Source of the DNA: Octopus sinensis
Taxonomy: Eukaryota
Length of the DNA: 44,505 bases
Assembly (NCBI RefSeq): GCF_006345805.1
Contig: NW_021834886.1
Span: forward strand, 1-44,505
Reading direction: 5' to 3'
The translations under genes were made by a program, and so were the position numbers. The notes below the pieces were generated by a model. That model was given only the letters and a program-made list of their open reading frames with translations, had not been told where the DNA came from and made no database searches. Shown here piece by piece: positions 1-10,224 of this stretch (position 1 is the stretch's first letter; every line of letters starts with the position of its first letter).

Positions 1-210
1 TTTCTATTTTTTCGGTATGCGGTCAAGCAACCTGTTGCCTGTCCCTTTTTTCTTATATACAATATATATACTGAACTTTACAGAAGTTCCTGCCGGTAAT
101 CGGCTATATTTACATACCGAATTCTACCAGTAAATAATTGGGGTTTTTTAAAAGCCTTTATAGAAATTATTTACTCGTATTATTATATTACTATTTGGAT
201 TTTTCACAGT

Positions 211-681
211 TTCAGCCGCAGATCATATGATTTCATAATGAGTGCAGAAAATGCACTTTTTAATCGTCAGTGCAGACATAATCAAGACACATAAAATGAA
301 AAAACAAAAATCAACATGCCAGAGGAACACTAAATGTATCCAGGGAATAATTTTAAAATTTCACTTATGAGGTTTTTCACGCTGAATACTTGATAAATTC
401 TTATAAATATTTTATCCTATTTTCAAATTTTAAACTTAACCGCAATAAATTCAGTGCTGAATTATTCTGAATATACATGTGTACCGAGATGCAATTCAAA
501 AAGCTTGCCTCTTACATGGATATATAGAAATGAACAACTTTATGTTCTATACAGGATATATTTGGTATTCGTCTGGTATGTTGATTTTTTGTTCATTTTT
601 ATGTGTCTTGATTATGCTTGCACCGATGATTAAAAGTGCATTTTGTGCACTAATTTGGAAATCATATGATCTGAAGCTGAA
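211..681. repeat. Degenerate inverted repeat (arms ~211-345 and ~551-681), MITE/foldback-like
   Basis: TTCAGCCGCAGATCATATGATTTC...CATAATCAAGACACATAAAATGAA...AAATCAACATGCCAG matches the reverse complement of 551-681 at roughly 75-80% identity by eye; spacer ~205 bp. Confidence 0.8.
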
Positions 682-732
682 TCTGTTTTTAAGGAGCATA
701 TATATATATATATATAATATATACACCACACC

Positions 733-771
<39 letters not shown>

Positions 772-1170
772 TACATATACATCTATATATTTATATATAT
801 ATATACATATATATATATGCAGATGTATATACACATATATACAGGCATATATACATTATGTATGTATATGTGCGTGAATGCATGTATATATATGTAAATG
901 AGATAATAGTTTAATAGTTTCAGTATTAATAGTGAAAGTATTAAAACTGAATTTATTATCTCATATTACGATAGAGATGTTATTGTTTCACCCGTGTACA
1001 TATTGTTGAAATAGTGTAAGAATTAAGAGATTGCTCTGGGCTCACATTAGGCAAGAAGTTGGAAATTTTTTGGCCCATAACACTACATCAACCCTAAGTA
1101 AGGCATGTGTAAAATGAGAATGAAATCGGCTGGATAGTTCTCAAGTTTTAGTGATTCATACAGACAGACG

Positions 1171-1201
<31 letters not shown>

Positions 1202-1202
1202 G

Positions 1203-1338
1203 TGATGGGCTCCTTTCAGTTTCCATCAACAAGGCTTTGGTTGGATCGATACTATGGTAGAAGACACTTCCAAAGTTGCCACGCAGTGAGTTCGAACCCG
1301 GAACCATGTGTTTTGAAGCAAACTTTTTACTACACAGT
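1203..1338 (-). mobile_element. tRNA-derived SINE family 1, degenerate 5' fragment
   Basis: Reverse complement resembles the head of the 2418 SINE (CACATGGTTCCGGGTTCGAACTCACTGCGTGGCAACTTTGGAAGTGTCTTCTAC). Confidence 0.7.
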
Positions 1339-1392
1339 GATATTATATCAAATACTAATGTATGTCTGTATATATATATATATATTATATAT

Positions 1393-1434
<42 letters not shown>

Positions 1435-1506
1435 AGTTAATTAAACAAGAAGCACAAAAAAACAACAACGTGAGGACGTGGCTCAGGAAAGAAGGAAAGA
1501 AGGAGG

Positions 1507-1540
1507 GTTTAACGTTCGAGCGGAGCTCTTCGTCGGAAAC
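1507..1540 (-). ncRNA. Decayed minimal type I hammerhead ribozyme (Penelope-LTR type)
   Basis: Minus strand reads GTTT-CCGACGA-A-GAGC-TCC-GCTC-GAA-CG-TT-AAAC. Stems I and II are intact and the AACGTT palindrome is present, but U4 is C and one A of GAAA is missing. Confidence 0.6.
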
Positions 1541-1764
1541 ATAGGAGAAGGAAAGATCCAAAGAAGGGAAGACAGGAAAAAAATCACCAACGGTACATAC
1601 GAGGTCACGTGTAAATGCAAGGGTCATGTATGTATGTATCTACGTATATATATATATTTATATATATATAGGGTCAAAAAGTGGGTACGTAGCTGCCATG
1701 TATATATGTAAAAGTAAAAAATATACAAACTGGGACAAGAACGTGAAACATTAGAAGACGACAC

Positions 1765-1894
1765 AAAAAACACGGACGAAGCCCTCATCATCAGTCAAGA
1801 ACCGGATCATCTTCGCATAATCAGCCGAAATTGCGAAGATGATCCGTTGTTTGACTGATGATTGAGGGCTTCGAATGTCCCCTCCGTGTTTTTT
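1765..1894. repeat. Near-perfect hairpin (~45-55 bp stem)
   Basis: AAAAAACACGGA/TCCGTGTTTTTT, CGAAGCCCTCATCATCAGTCA/TGACTGATGATTGAGGGCTTCG and GGATCATCTTCGCA/TGCGAAGATGATCC are nested inverted arms. Confidence 0.85.
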
Positions 1895-2075
1895 AATATA
1901 TATATATTATTATATATATATAATATATTATATATATATATTATATAATATATGTATATATATATATTTATATATATATATATATATTATATATATATAT
2001 ATAAATATATGTATATGTATATATTTATTATATATTATATAATATATATATATGTATGTATATATATATAGTAGA

Positions 2076-2119
<44 letters not shown>

Positions 2120-2123
2120 TATA

Positions 2124-2169
<46 letters not shown>

Positions 2170-2210
2170 AATATATGTATATGTATATATTTAATATTAT
2201 AATATATATG

Positions 2211-2245
<35 letters not shown>

Positions 2246-2250
2246 CTATA

Positions 2251-2285
<35 letters not shown>

Positions 2286-2292
2286 AATATAA

Positions 2293-2360
<68 letters not shown>

Positions 2361-2412
2361 ATATATATAAATATATGTATATGTATATATTTATATATAT
2401 ATAATATATATT
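1895..2412. repeat. Imperfect (TA)n microsatellite
   Basis: Direct reading; source of the YIYI ORFs. Confidence 0.95.
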
Positions 2413-2417
2413 ATGTA

Positions 2418-2805
2418 GGCGCAGGAGTGGCTGTGTGGTAAGTAGCTTGCTAACCAACCACATGGTTCCGGGTTCAGTCCCACTGCGTGGCATCTTGGGC
2501 AAGTGTCTTCTGCTATAGCCCCGGGCCGACCAATGCCTCGTGAGTGGATTTGTAGACGGAAACTGAAAGAAGCCTGTCGTATATATGTATATATATATAT
2601 GTGTGTGTTTGTGTGTCTGTGTTTTCCCCTAGCATCGCTTGACAACCGATGCTGGTGTGTTTACGTCCCCATCACTTAGCGGCTCGGCAAAAAAGAGACC
2701 AATAGAATAAGTACTGGCTTACAAAGATAAAGTCCCGGGGTCGAGTTGCTCGATTAAAGCGGTGCTCCAGCATGGCCGCAGTCAAATGACTGAAACAAGT
2801 AAAAG
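2418..2805 (+). mobile_element. Full-length tRNA-derived SINE family 1
   Basis: A-box-like TGGCTGTGTGGT, B-box-like GGTTCAGTCCC, internal (TA)/(TG) tract, 3' tail CCAGCATGGCCGCAGTCAAATGACTGAAACAAGTAAAAG; related copies on the minus strand at 1203, 5314 and 24386. Confidence 0.85.
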
Positions 2806-2890
2806 GGGAAAAATAAATAAATAAAAGATATATATATATGTGTATATATATATAGATATTTATATATATATATATATATATATTATATGT

Positions 2891-2922
<32 letters not shown>

Positions 2923-2938
2923 ATTATATATATATATC

Positions 2939-2970
<32 letters not shown>

Positions 2971-3286
2971 CTATATAATATATATATATATGGAAAGCAA
3001 GTCAAGGTAGAAAATGCTAAAATAATTTTATTAAAAACATTTCAGTACCGGTTCCAGTCATTGAGACTTTTTCACTTGTAAATATGGAAAAAAATTAAAT
3101 TTTGGAAAGATTAGTTTTTGGAAAGAAAAGTTTTTTAAAGGAATATTTGTATGGTATTCAAATACAAGGGGCATTTTCCTTGTTTCTGCCACACAAGAGT
3201 AAACAAGAAAGACAGATACATGACCTTTGCATTTACACACACACACACACTTATATATATATAAGATCCAGGAACTCATACCTATT

Positions 3287-3348
3287 TTTTTACTATCCAC
3301 AAGGGGCTAAACACAGTGGGAACAAACAAGGACAGACAAACGGATTAA
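3287..3348 (-). mobile_element. SINE family 2 3' tail fragment
   Basis: Reverse complement of the CTTAATCCGTTTGTCTGTCCTTGTT...GTGTTTAGCCCCTTGTGG tail seen at 4300-4360. Confidence 0.75.
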
Positions 3349-3990
3349 GAACTTTCCGGTCCAGAGAACAAGGTGTCATCATACCACTTTTCTCCACCTT
3401 TGTACGGCCACACCTCGAATATTGCTGCCCACTGTGGTCTCCCCACACAAGACAAAACATCTCCAGGATTGAGTCACCCCAGAGGGCACTCACTAAACGA
3501 ATTGAAGGCATGGCTGCTCTCGATTATTGGGATCACCTTAAAGCCTTGAAACTTTACTCTCTCCAGCGTCGCCGTGAGCGGTACATCATTTTTACGATGT
3601 GGAGAATATACCGCCAACTTTGCCCAAACGACCTTAACATTAGCTTCAAGGTTCATCCAAGACTGGGACCACGGGCCATACGTCCCCTGCCCAATTCAAG
3701 ATCACAGCATACATGTACACTGCAACATAATTTCTTTTCCTCAACAGGCCCTGCCCTATTTAACATTGTCCCGTGGGAGATCAAAGAGGAAAAGGATCCC
3801 ATCAAGTTTAAACGGAGTCTGGATAGATTCCTTCAAGAATACCAGATAAGCCACCCATAATTGGATACAACTCACCCAACAAGAACTCACTACTTGAATG
3901 GACCATAAACAAACTTGACTTAAACAGGATTCGAATAATCCTATCAAGTGGTGCTATTAGTTAGACATGCTTGGACCAATCTTTGGTCGA
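3349..3990 (+). mobile_element. CR1/L2-like LINE, 3' fragment (C-terminal part of the RT ORF plus 3' UTR)
   Basis: ORF 3102-3860 contains FSTFVRPHLEYCCPLWSPH...IESPQRALTKRI...LKALKLYSLQRRRERY, the typical CR1-clade post-RT region. Confidence 0.85.
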
Positions 3991-4156
3991 AACATATCTA
4001 AGTTTTTTTTTAAAGTTTATAATATATATATGTGTGTGTGTGTATGTATATTAATATATATATATATATATATATAACACAGACACCAATGAGTATTAAT
4101 ATATAAGAATATATAACAAATTATATATAACAATATAATGATGATACTGACAAAAA

Positions 4157-4905
4157 CGTTAGCACGCCAGGCGAAATGCTTAGCGGTATTTCGTCTGCCG
4201 TTACGTTCTGAGTTCAAATTCCACGGAGATCGACTTTGCCTTTCATCCTTTCGGGGCCGATAAATTAAGTACCAGTTACGCACTGGGATCGATGTAATCG
4301 ACTTAATCCGTTTGTCTGTCCTTTTTTGTCCCCTCTGTGTTTAGCCCCTTGTGGGTAGTAAAAAAATAGGTATTTCGTCCGACTTTACGTTCTGAGTTCA
4401 AATTCCGCCGAGGTCGACTTTGCCTTTCATCCTTTCGGGGTCGATAAACTAAGTACAAGTTACGCACTGGGTTCGATATATTCGACTTAATCCGTTTGTC
4501 TGTCCTTGTTCGTCCTCTCTGTGTTTAGCCCCTTGTCGGTAGTAAAGAAATAGGTACTTGTATTTTGTTCGCCGCTGCGTTCTGAGTTCAAATTCCGCCG
4601 AGGTCGACTTTGCCTTTCATCTTTTCGGGGTCGATTAAATAGGTACCAGTTACGCACTGGGGTCGCTATAATCGACTTAATTCGTTTGTCTGTCCTTGCT
4701 TGTCCTCTCTGTGTTTAGCCCCTTGTGGGTAGTAAAGAAATAGGTATTTCGTCTGTCTTTTCCGTTCTGAGTTCAAATTCCATTGAATTTGACTTTTCCT
4801 TTCATCCTTTCGGGGCCGACAAATTAAGTACCAGTTGTGTACTGGGGTCGGTCTAATCGACTAGCACCCTCCCAAAGATTTCCTGCCTTGTGTTTATTGT
4901 AGAAA
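4157..4905 (+). mobile_element. SINE family 2 with four tandem body units (period 184, 184, 190 bp)
   Basis: Units start at about 4185, 4369, 4553 and 4743; each has GTTCTGAGTTCAAATTCC (B-box-like) and CCTTTCATCCTTTCGGGG.CGAT.AA.TAAGTACCAGTT. Confidence 0.9.
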
Positions 4906-5313
4906 ATAATATTAATAATGATGATGATGATGATGATAATAATAATGAAAAATACTGAGCATATAATTTTTTCTGCATAGTAAGGACAACTTAATTATTG
5001 AGGATTTGTTTGAAAAGTCGCTATTTTATGTTATTTCCTGAAGTTATGATAATAAGAATTCAATCTATTGAAAGAATATACGCAGCTATTCTGAATATTG
5101 CTCTGAAAATCTAGCATTTCAACTCGCGTTGAAACAGTTGTTGCATAACGCACCAGCGTCTTCAGTAGTGAAGCACATGTAACATGATTAACTTCATGAT
5201 TTAATAAAAATAGTCAAATCAGCTATCCTGTTTAATTCTGCACTTACATATATGTATGTGTACAGCCACACGTACAGGCACACACACACACATTCAAATA
5301 TACACACGTATAT

Positions 5314-5420
5314 GTGATGGACTTTAGCAGTTTCATTCTCCCAAATTCACTCTCAAGGAACTGGTTGGCTCAGTTGTATAGTAGAAGACACCTTCCCAAG
5401 GTGACCACCTCCTTAACCAC
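5314..5420 (-). mobile_element. SINE family 1 degenerate fragment
   Basis: CAGTTTC...AAATTCACTCTCAAGG...TATAGTAGAAGACACCTTCCCAAGGTG is the reverse complement of the SINE1 head/body. Confidence 0.6.
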
Positions 5421-6152
5421 ACACACAGGCACGTAAACACAAACAGAGTGTTGTTATTTACAACATTGAAATGTTCCCTTTTATCAAGTAAAGAAATACG
5501 ATATGTGATATCCATATCTTTTGCTAATATATTTTCTAGAATATTAGTGAACTTAATATGCATAAACCGACAACTGAAACTGTAGACTAAAGACGAATGT
5601 TTTTTTTATCTGTGCAAGGATTTTTTAATGTTGACAATATTGGGTTACCTTAAGAGTCACCAATTATTCATAGCTAAAGAAATGCTGGCGTTGAAAAGGG
5701 AGCCAAATGTCTTTGATAAAGTTTTATCTGATTTGATCATGTGGGCCTTTTAGTTAACGATAGCTGAAGCTGAGACTGATCTCGCATGTGTGAGTATTGT
5801 AATTTTTGTTTTAATTTGTAGGCAGTTCAACGGACACTTAATAAGATATAGTCAATGTATTATCATTAAAACTATCATAGTAGACAGAGGTTGAACGTAA
5901 CGATGCGGAATATATTACTCTTGTTTCGTTTTTGTTTTCTTTTCTTTTTATATATCATGTCATCTGGATTAATCTTGTCATATGAGACCCTATCGCCTAA
6001 GGGATTAAGTGCTGGATAGCGAGCTCATGTCACGAATACTTGGTGCATGTGGTCGCGTTCAGCTGCTGGCATTCGTTATGAACAAAGTATTTAAAATGTA
6101 TTTCACTTAGTTTATCAAGTTGGATATTTAAGCACCAATATATCTGAGAAAA

Positions 6153-6370
6153 GGCGGTGAGCTGGCAGAATCGTTAGCACGTCAGATGAAATGCTTAGCG
6201 GCGTTTCGTCCTCCTTAACCTTCTGATTCCAAATTCCACCGTGGTCCACTATCCCTTTAATCCTTTTGGGGTTGATAAAAATTTACCAGTTGAGCACTGG
6301 GGTCGATATGATCGAATTGCCCTCTCACACGGAATTACTGGCCTCGTGCCCAAATTTGAAACCATTATAT
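6153..6370 (+). mobile_element. SINE family 2 copy
   Basis: GGCGGTGAGCTGGCAGAATCGTTAGCAC head, B-box-like TTCCAAATTCC, tail GCACTGGGGTCGAT...AAATTTGAAACCATT. Confidence 0.8.
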
Positions 6371-6513
6371 TTGAGAAAACTGAAATATCATCAGCATCGT
6401 TCTAAGTATTTACAACCTTCACTAAATTCAGACCATTTAATTTTGACTTCCTTCAGTTCATTGCCTTTCTAATGTACTCTTCAATGTCTTAGGCTGTTGT
6501 GGCCAATAAAAGA

Positions 6514-6548
<35 letters not shown>

Positions 6549-6560
6549 TAAAAAAAAAAA

Positions 6561-6599
<39 letters not shown>

Positions 6600-6646
6600 G
6601 TTGTTGTTGTTATTGTTTTTGTGTTGTTATTATTATTATTATTATT

Positions 6647-6692
<46 letters not shown>

Positions 6693-6932
6693 CGATGATG
6701 ATTTCTTTTATTGGCCACAACAGCCTAAGACATTGTAGAGTACATCAGAAAGGCAATGACTGAAGGAAGTCAAAATTAAATGGTCTGAATTTAGTGAAAG
6801 TTGTAAATTTAGAACGATGCTGATGATATTTCAGTTTTCTCCAATATAATTGTTTCAAATTTTGGCACGAGGCCAGTAATTCCGTGTGAGAAGGCAAGTC
6901 GATCATATCGACCCCAGTGCTCAACTGGTAAA

Positions 6933-6933
<1 letters not shown>
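6281..6933. repeat. Inverted duplication: arms 6281-6516 and 6701-6933 around a compound microsatellite
   Basis: The arms are ~235 bp and about 95% identical as reverse complements; the spacer is (TAA)n-A-run-(TTA)n-(TTG)n-(TGA)n. Confidence 0.95.
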
Positions 6934-7012
<79 letters not shown>

Positions 7013-7016
7013 TATT

Positions 7017-7705
7017 CTGTAGTTTTATTTTTATAGCGTGCTTTCACTTCACTACCGAGCGCAGGTCTGTGTGTCTTGGGTATGTGTTGTGATTTGTTCT
7101 GATACTCTTATTTTTACTGTATTGAAAGCGTTTTGCGTAGTATGTGTGCGGTGCCTAGTAGTGCAATTTTTTGTATGTTATATGTGTTTGTAAGTCGTTG
7201 TGTTTTTGTTATGTATTTGTCTGAATATGTTTTTATCACACCTACTGCACACACTCTGATAGGAATTGTTTCTGTTTTTAGATTCCAAATTCGAGTTACC
7301 TCTGTTCCCAGGTCTTTGTATTTTGAAAGTTTCTCCATTTCTTTTAGAGACACGTTGTCATCTGCTGGTATTGATACACCAATTAGAATGCAATTTTTTT
7401 CTTCATGATCTCTGACAACTATATCTGGCCTGTTGGCCTTAATTTCTCTATCTGTGTGTATCGGCATATCCCAGAGTATGTTTTCTTTCTCGTTTTCTGT
7501 GACCTTTTCTGGTGTGTGCTTATATCATATTTTTTATGTTGTTATTCCTGTGTTGGCATAGCTTCCAGTGTATGTAGGTCCCAACTCTGTCGTGTCTGTG
7601 AATATATTCCTTCTTAGCCAGGACTGGGCAGCCAGAGATAATATGATTTATTGTTTCTTGTCCAATCCACATATTCTGCTGTTACTTGTTATGTTTCTTT
7701 TCATT
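7017..7705 (-). mobile_element. R4/Dong-like RLE non-LTR retrotransposon, 5'-truncated 3' fragment
   Basis: ORF 7114-7467: ANRPDIVVRD...CILIGVSIPADDNVSLKEMEKLSKYKDL (PD-(D/E)xK nuclease); decayed CCHC/RHD region upstream; the 3' UTR runs into (TAA)n. Confidence 0.85.
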
Positions 7706-7739
7706 ATATTATTATATTATTATTATATTATTATTATTA

Positions 7740-7770
<31 letters not shown>

Positions 7771-7778
7771 GTATTATT

Positions 7779-7970
7779 CAGTAGTTTTATTTTTATAGCG
7801 TGCTTTCACTTCACTACCGAGCGCGCAGCTCTGTGTGCCTTGGGTATGTGCTGTGATTTGTTGTGATGCTCTGATGGTTATTGTATGGAAAGTGTCTGCG
7901 TAGGATATGTGCAGTGCCTAGTAGTGCAATTTTCTGTATGTTATATGGTTTGTAAGTCCTGGTGTTTTTG
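7779..7970 (-). mobile_element. Second, shorter 3' end of the same R4/Dong-like family
   Basis: TAGTTTTATTTTTATAGCGTGCTTTCACTTCACTACCGAGCGC repeats 7020-7062; also ends in (TAA)n. Confidence 0.85.
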
Positions 7971-8048
7971 CTTATTATTATTATATTATTATTATTATTA
8001 TATTATTATTATTATTATTATTATTATATTATTATGTTGTTGTTGTTG

Positions 8049-8115
<67 letters not shown>

Positions 8116-8129
8116 CATTATTATTATTA

Positions 8130-8167
<38 letters not shown>

Positions 8168-8460
8168 GTTGTTATTATTATTATTATGTTATTATTATTA
8201 TTATTATTATTATTATATTTTTATTATCATTATTATTATCATTATTATTATTATTATTATTATTATTGTTGTTGTTGTTGTTGATGTTATTATTATTATT
8301 ATTATTGTTATTATTATTATATTATTATTATTATCATTATTATTATCATTATATATTATTATTATATTATTATTATTATTATTATTATTAGTTATTATTA
8401 TTGTTGTTATTATTATTATTATTATTGTTATTATTATTATTATTATTATCATTATTATTA

Positions 8461-8494
<34 letters not shown>

Positions 8495-8550
8495 CATTAT
8501 TATTATTATTACTATTATCATTATTATTATCATTATTATTATTATTATTA

Positions 8551-8590
<40 letters not shown>
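7971..8590. repeat. Compound (ATT)n/(GTT)n/(ATC)n microsatellite
   Basis: Direct reading. Confidence 0.95.
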
Positions 8591-8591
<1 letters not shown>

Positions 8592-8802
8592 GGCGTGGAG
8601 TCGGCAAACGCTGGGCAAAATGCTTATTGACATTTCGTCCGTCTTTACGTTCTGAGATCAAATTTCGCCGAGGTGGACTTTACCTTTCATCCTTTCGGGG
8701 GCCGTTAAAATAAGTACCAATTGAACACTGGGGTCAGGTCGATGTAATCAACTCGTCCCTTCCCCCGAAATGGATGGCCTTGTACAAAATTTAAAACCAT
8801 TA
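8591..8802 (+). mobile_element. SINE family 2 copy
   Basis: TTTACGTTCTGAGATCAAATTTCGCCGAGGTGGACTTTACCTTTCATCCTTTCGGGG...AAATAAGTACC...CACTGGGGTC. Confidence 0.8.
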
Positions 8803-8804
8803 TA

Positions 8805-8840
8805 TTGTTGCTACTGCTGTTGCTGCTGCTACTGCTACTG

Positions 8841-8880
<40 letters not shown>

Positions 8881-8912
8881 TACTGCTGCTGCTGCTGCCA
8901 CTACTACTACTA

Positions 8913-8969
<57 letters not shown>

Positions 8970-8990
8970 ATTCTACCACCACCACCACCA
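8805..8990. repeat. (CTG)n/(CTA)n/(CCA)n microsatellite
   Basis: Direct reading. Confidence 0.95.
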
Positions 8991-9347
8991 ACACGAAAAT
9001 AGCCCGTGTGAGTTGACCTATTCTAATAATGTGCCAGTAGGGTAGTGAACTTCAGAGGAAGAAGGGTGGCCTTCCGTGAAGCCCTCGAAGCGTCGAGTGG
9101 TTCAGGGTTGGTGGGGTACCTGAGCCAACTCCAGGCGGTTACCTCCCCCTATTGGGGTAATTTTCATTGTTATATTTAATTTGTGGGATATCATTGTTAT
9201 TCTTTTGTGTACTAGTTGTTTCTTTGTAAAATCCCCACTCTCCATGTCTACGGTATCGCCCGCTATATGTCGGCCCTAGTGGCTAATAAATGAAACAACA
9301 CAACAATAACAACAACAACAATAATAATAATAATGATGATAATAATG

Positions 9348-9402
<55 letters not shown>

Positions 9403-9431
9403 TAATAAAATAGTAATAATAATAATTTTTA

Positions 9432-10045
9432 TTATATGAAAAACTCACAGCTGATTTTGCTGGGTACAATGGAAAGTGTCCACATCCAGCAGACTAAGGT
9501 GACACTTGTTTACTGGTCATGCTTCAAGAACCATGCAAAGAATTCTTGCAGTTCTAAGCAATGCTGATTTTTATAGGTGTTCTACCTTCACACCTGCACC
9601 AATCTTTTTCAGCCATGTTGGTAGTTGACCGTTGATACTTCCAAGTACACCAATTACTATTGGCATCATGTCTACTCCCTTCATTCATCACAAACTTCGT
9701 ATTTCCCACTCCAAATCGTCATAGTTATTTATTTTTTCTCCTTCTTTCACCTTGATCCTGTTATCACCGGGGCATGCTATGTCGATAATCATACATGTTC
9801 TTTTTTATTCACCACAGTAACGTCCGGTTTCTTATACCTGGTCGGGTGATCACAATAGATCATTAAATCCCACAGGATTTGGCAATTTTCGTTCTCGGTA
9901 ACTTCTTCTGGGGTTTTCTCATACCACGTCTTTGCTCTTTGTAGGCCCTGATTTCCACAAAGCTCCCAATGGATTATTCTTTCTACTCTGTCATGGCTTC
10001 TTTTGCATTCGCGTTGTGCCAATCTCGGCCATTCGCTAACGATGC
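9432..10045 (-). mobile_element. R4/Dong-like RLE retrotransposon 3' fragment (distinct subfamily)
   Basis: ORF 9789-10022: SHDRVERIIHWELC...ENENCQILWDLMIYCD...KKPDVTVVNK; ends ALLRTARILCMVLEA* followed by a short 3' UTR. Confidence 0.75.
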
Positions 10046-10058
10046 GCTATACCATTTC

Positions 10059-10101
<43 letters not shown>

Positions 10102-10102
10102 T

Positions 10103-10149
<47 letters not shown>

Positions 10150-10150
10150 T

Positions 10151-10224
10151 TGAGTGAGAGAGTAGTGCATGCCATCAAAGTGACACTGGGGTAAAATATA
10201 TGAAGCTCAGTATACCCATCATGG
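10151..10224 (-). mobile_element. 3' tip of the TAA-tailed non-coding retroposon (same family as 17628 and 36807)
   Basis: Reverse complement is GATGGGTATACTG.GCTTC.TATATTTTACCCCAGTGTCACTTTGATGGCATGCACT.CTCTCTCACTCAATAG. Confidence 0.8.

Noticed and set aside
2418-2490. Possible tRNA gene (also the SINE2 heads)
   Set aside because: A/B-box-like motifs only; no complete cloverleaf, and the sequence continues into a SINE body and tail.
3045-3090. Hammerhead-like layout on the minus strand (AGTC/GACT stem, GGAA-CCGG-TA-CTG)
   Set aside because: The core reads GTGAAAA and GGAA, too many deviations to call; possibly a very old remnant.
6458-6763. Poly-His/Asn/Asp/Leu ORFs, and similar ORFs at 7885-8655, 13106-13528, 26631-27833 and 34921-35307
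   Set aside because: Trinucleotide microsatellite translations with no protein signal.
9000-9295. Possible LINE 3' UTR ending in AATAAA plus (CAA)n
   Set aside because: No coding motif or second copy in the window to support a family assignment.
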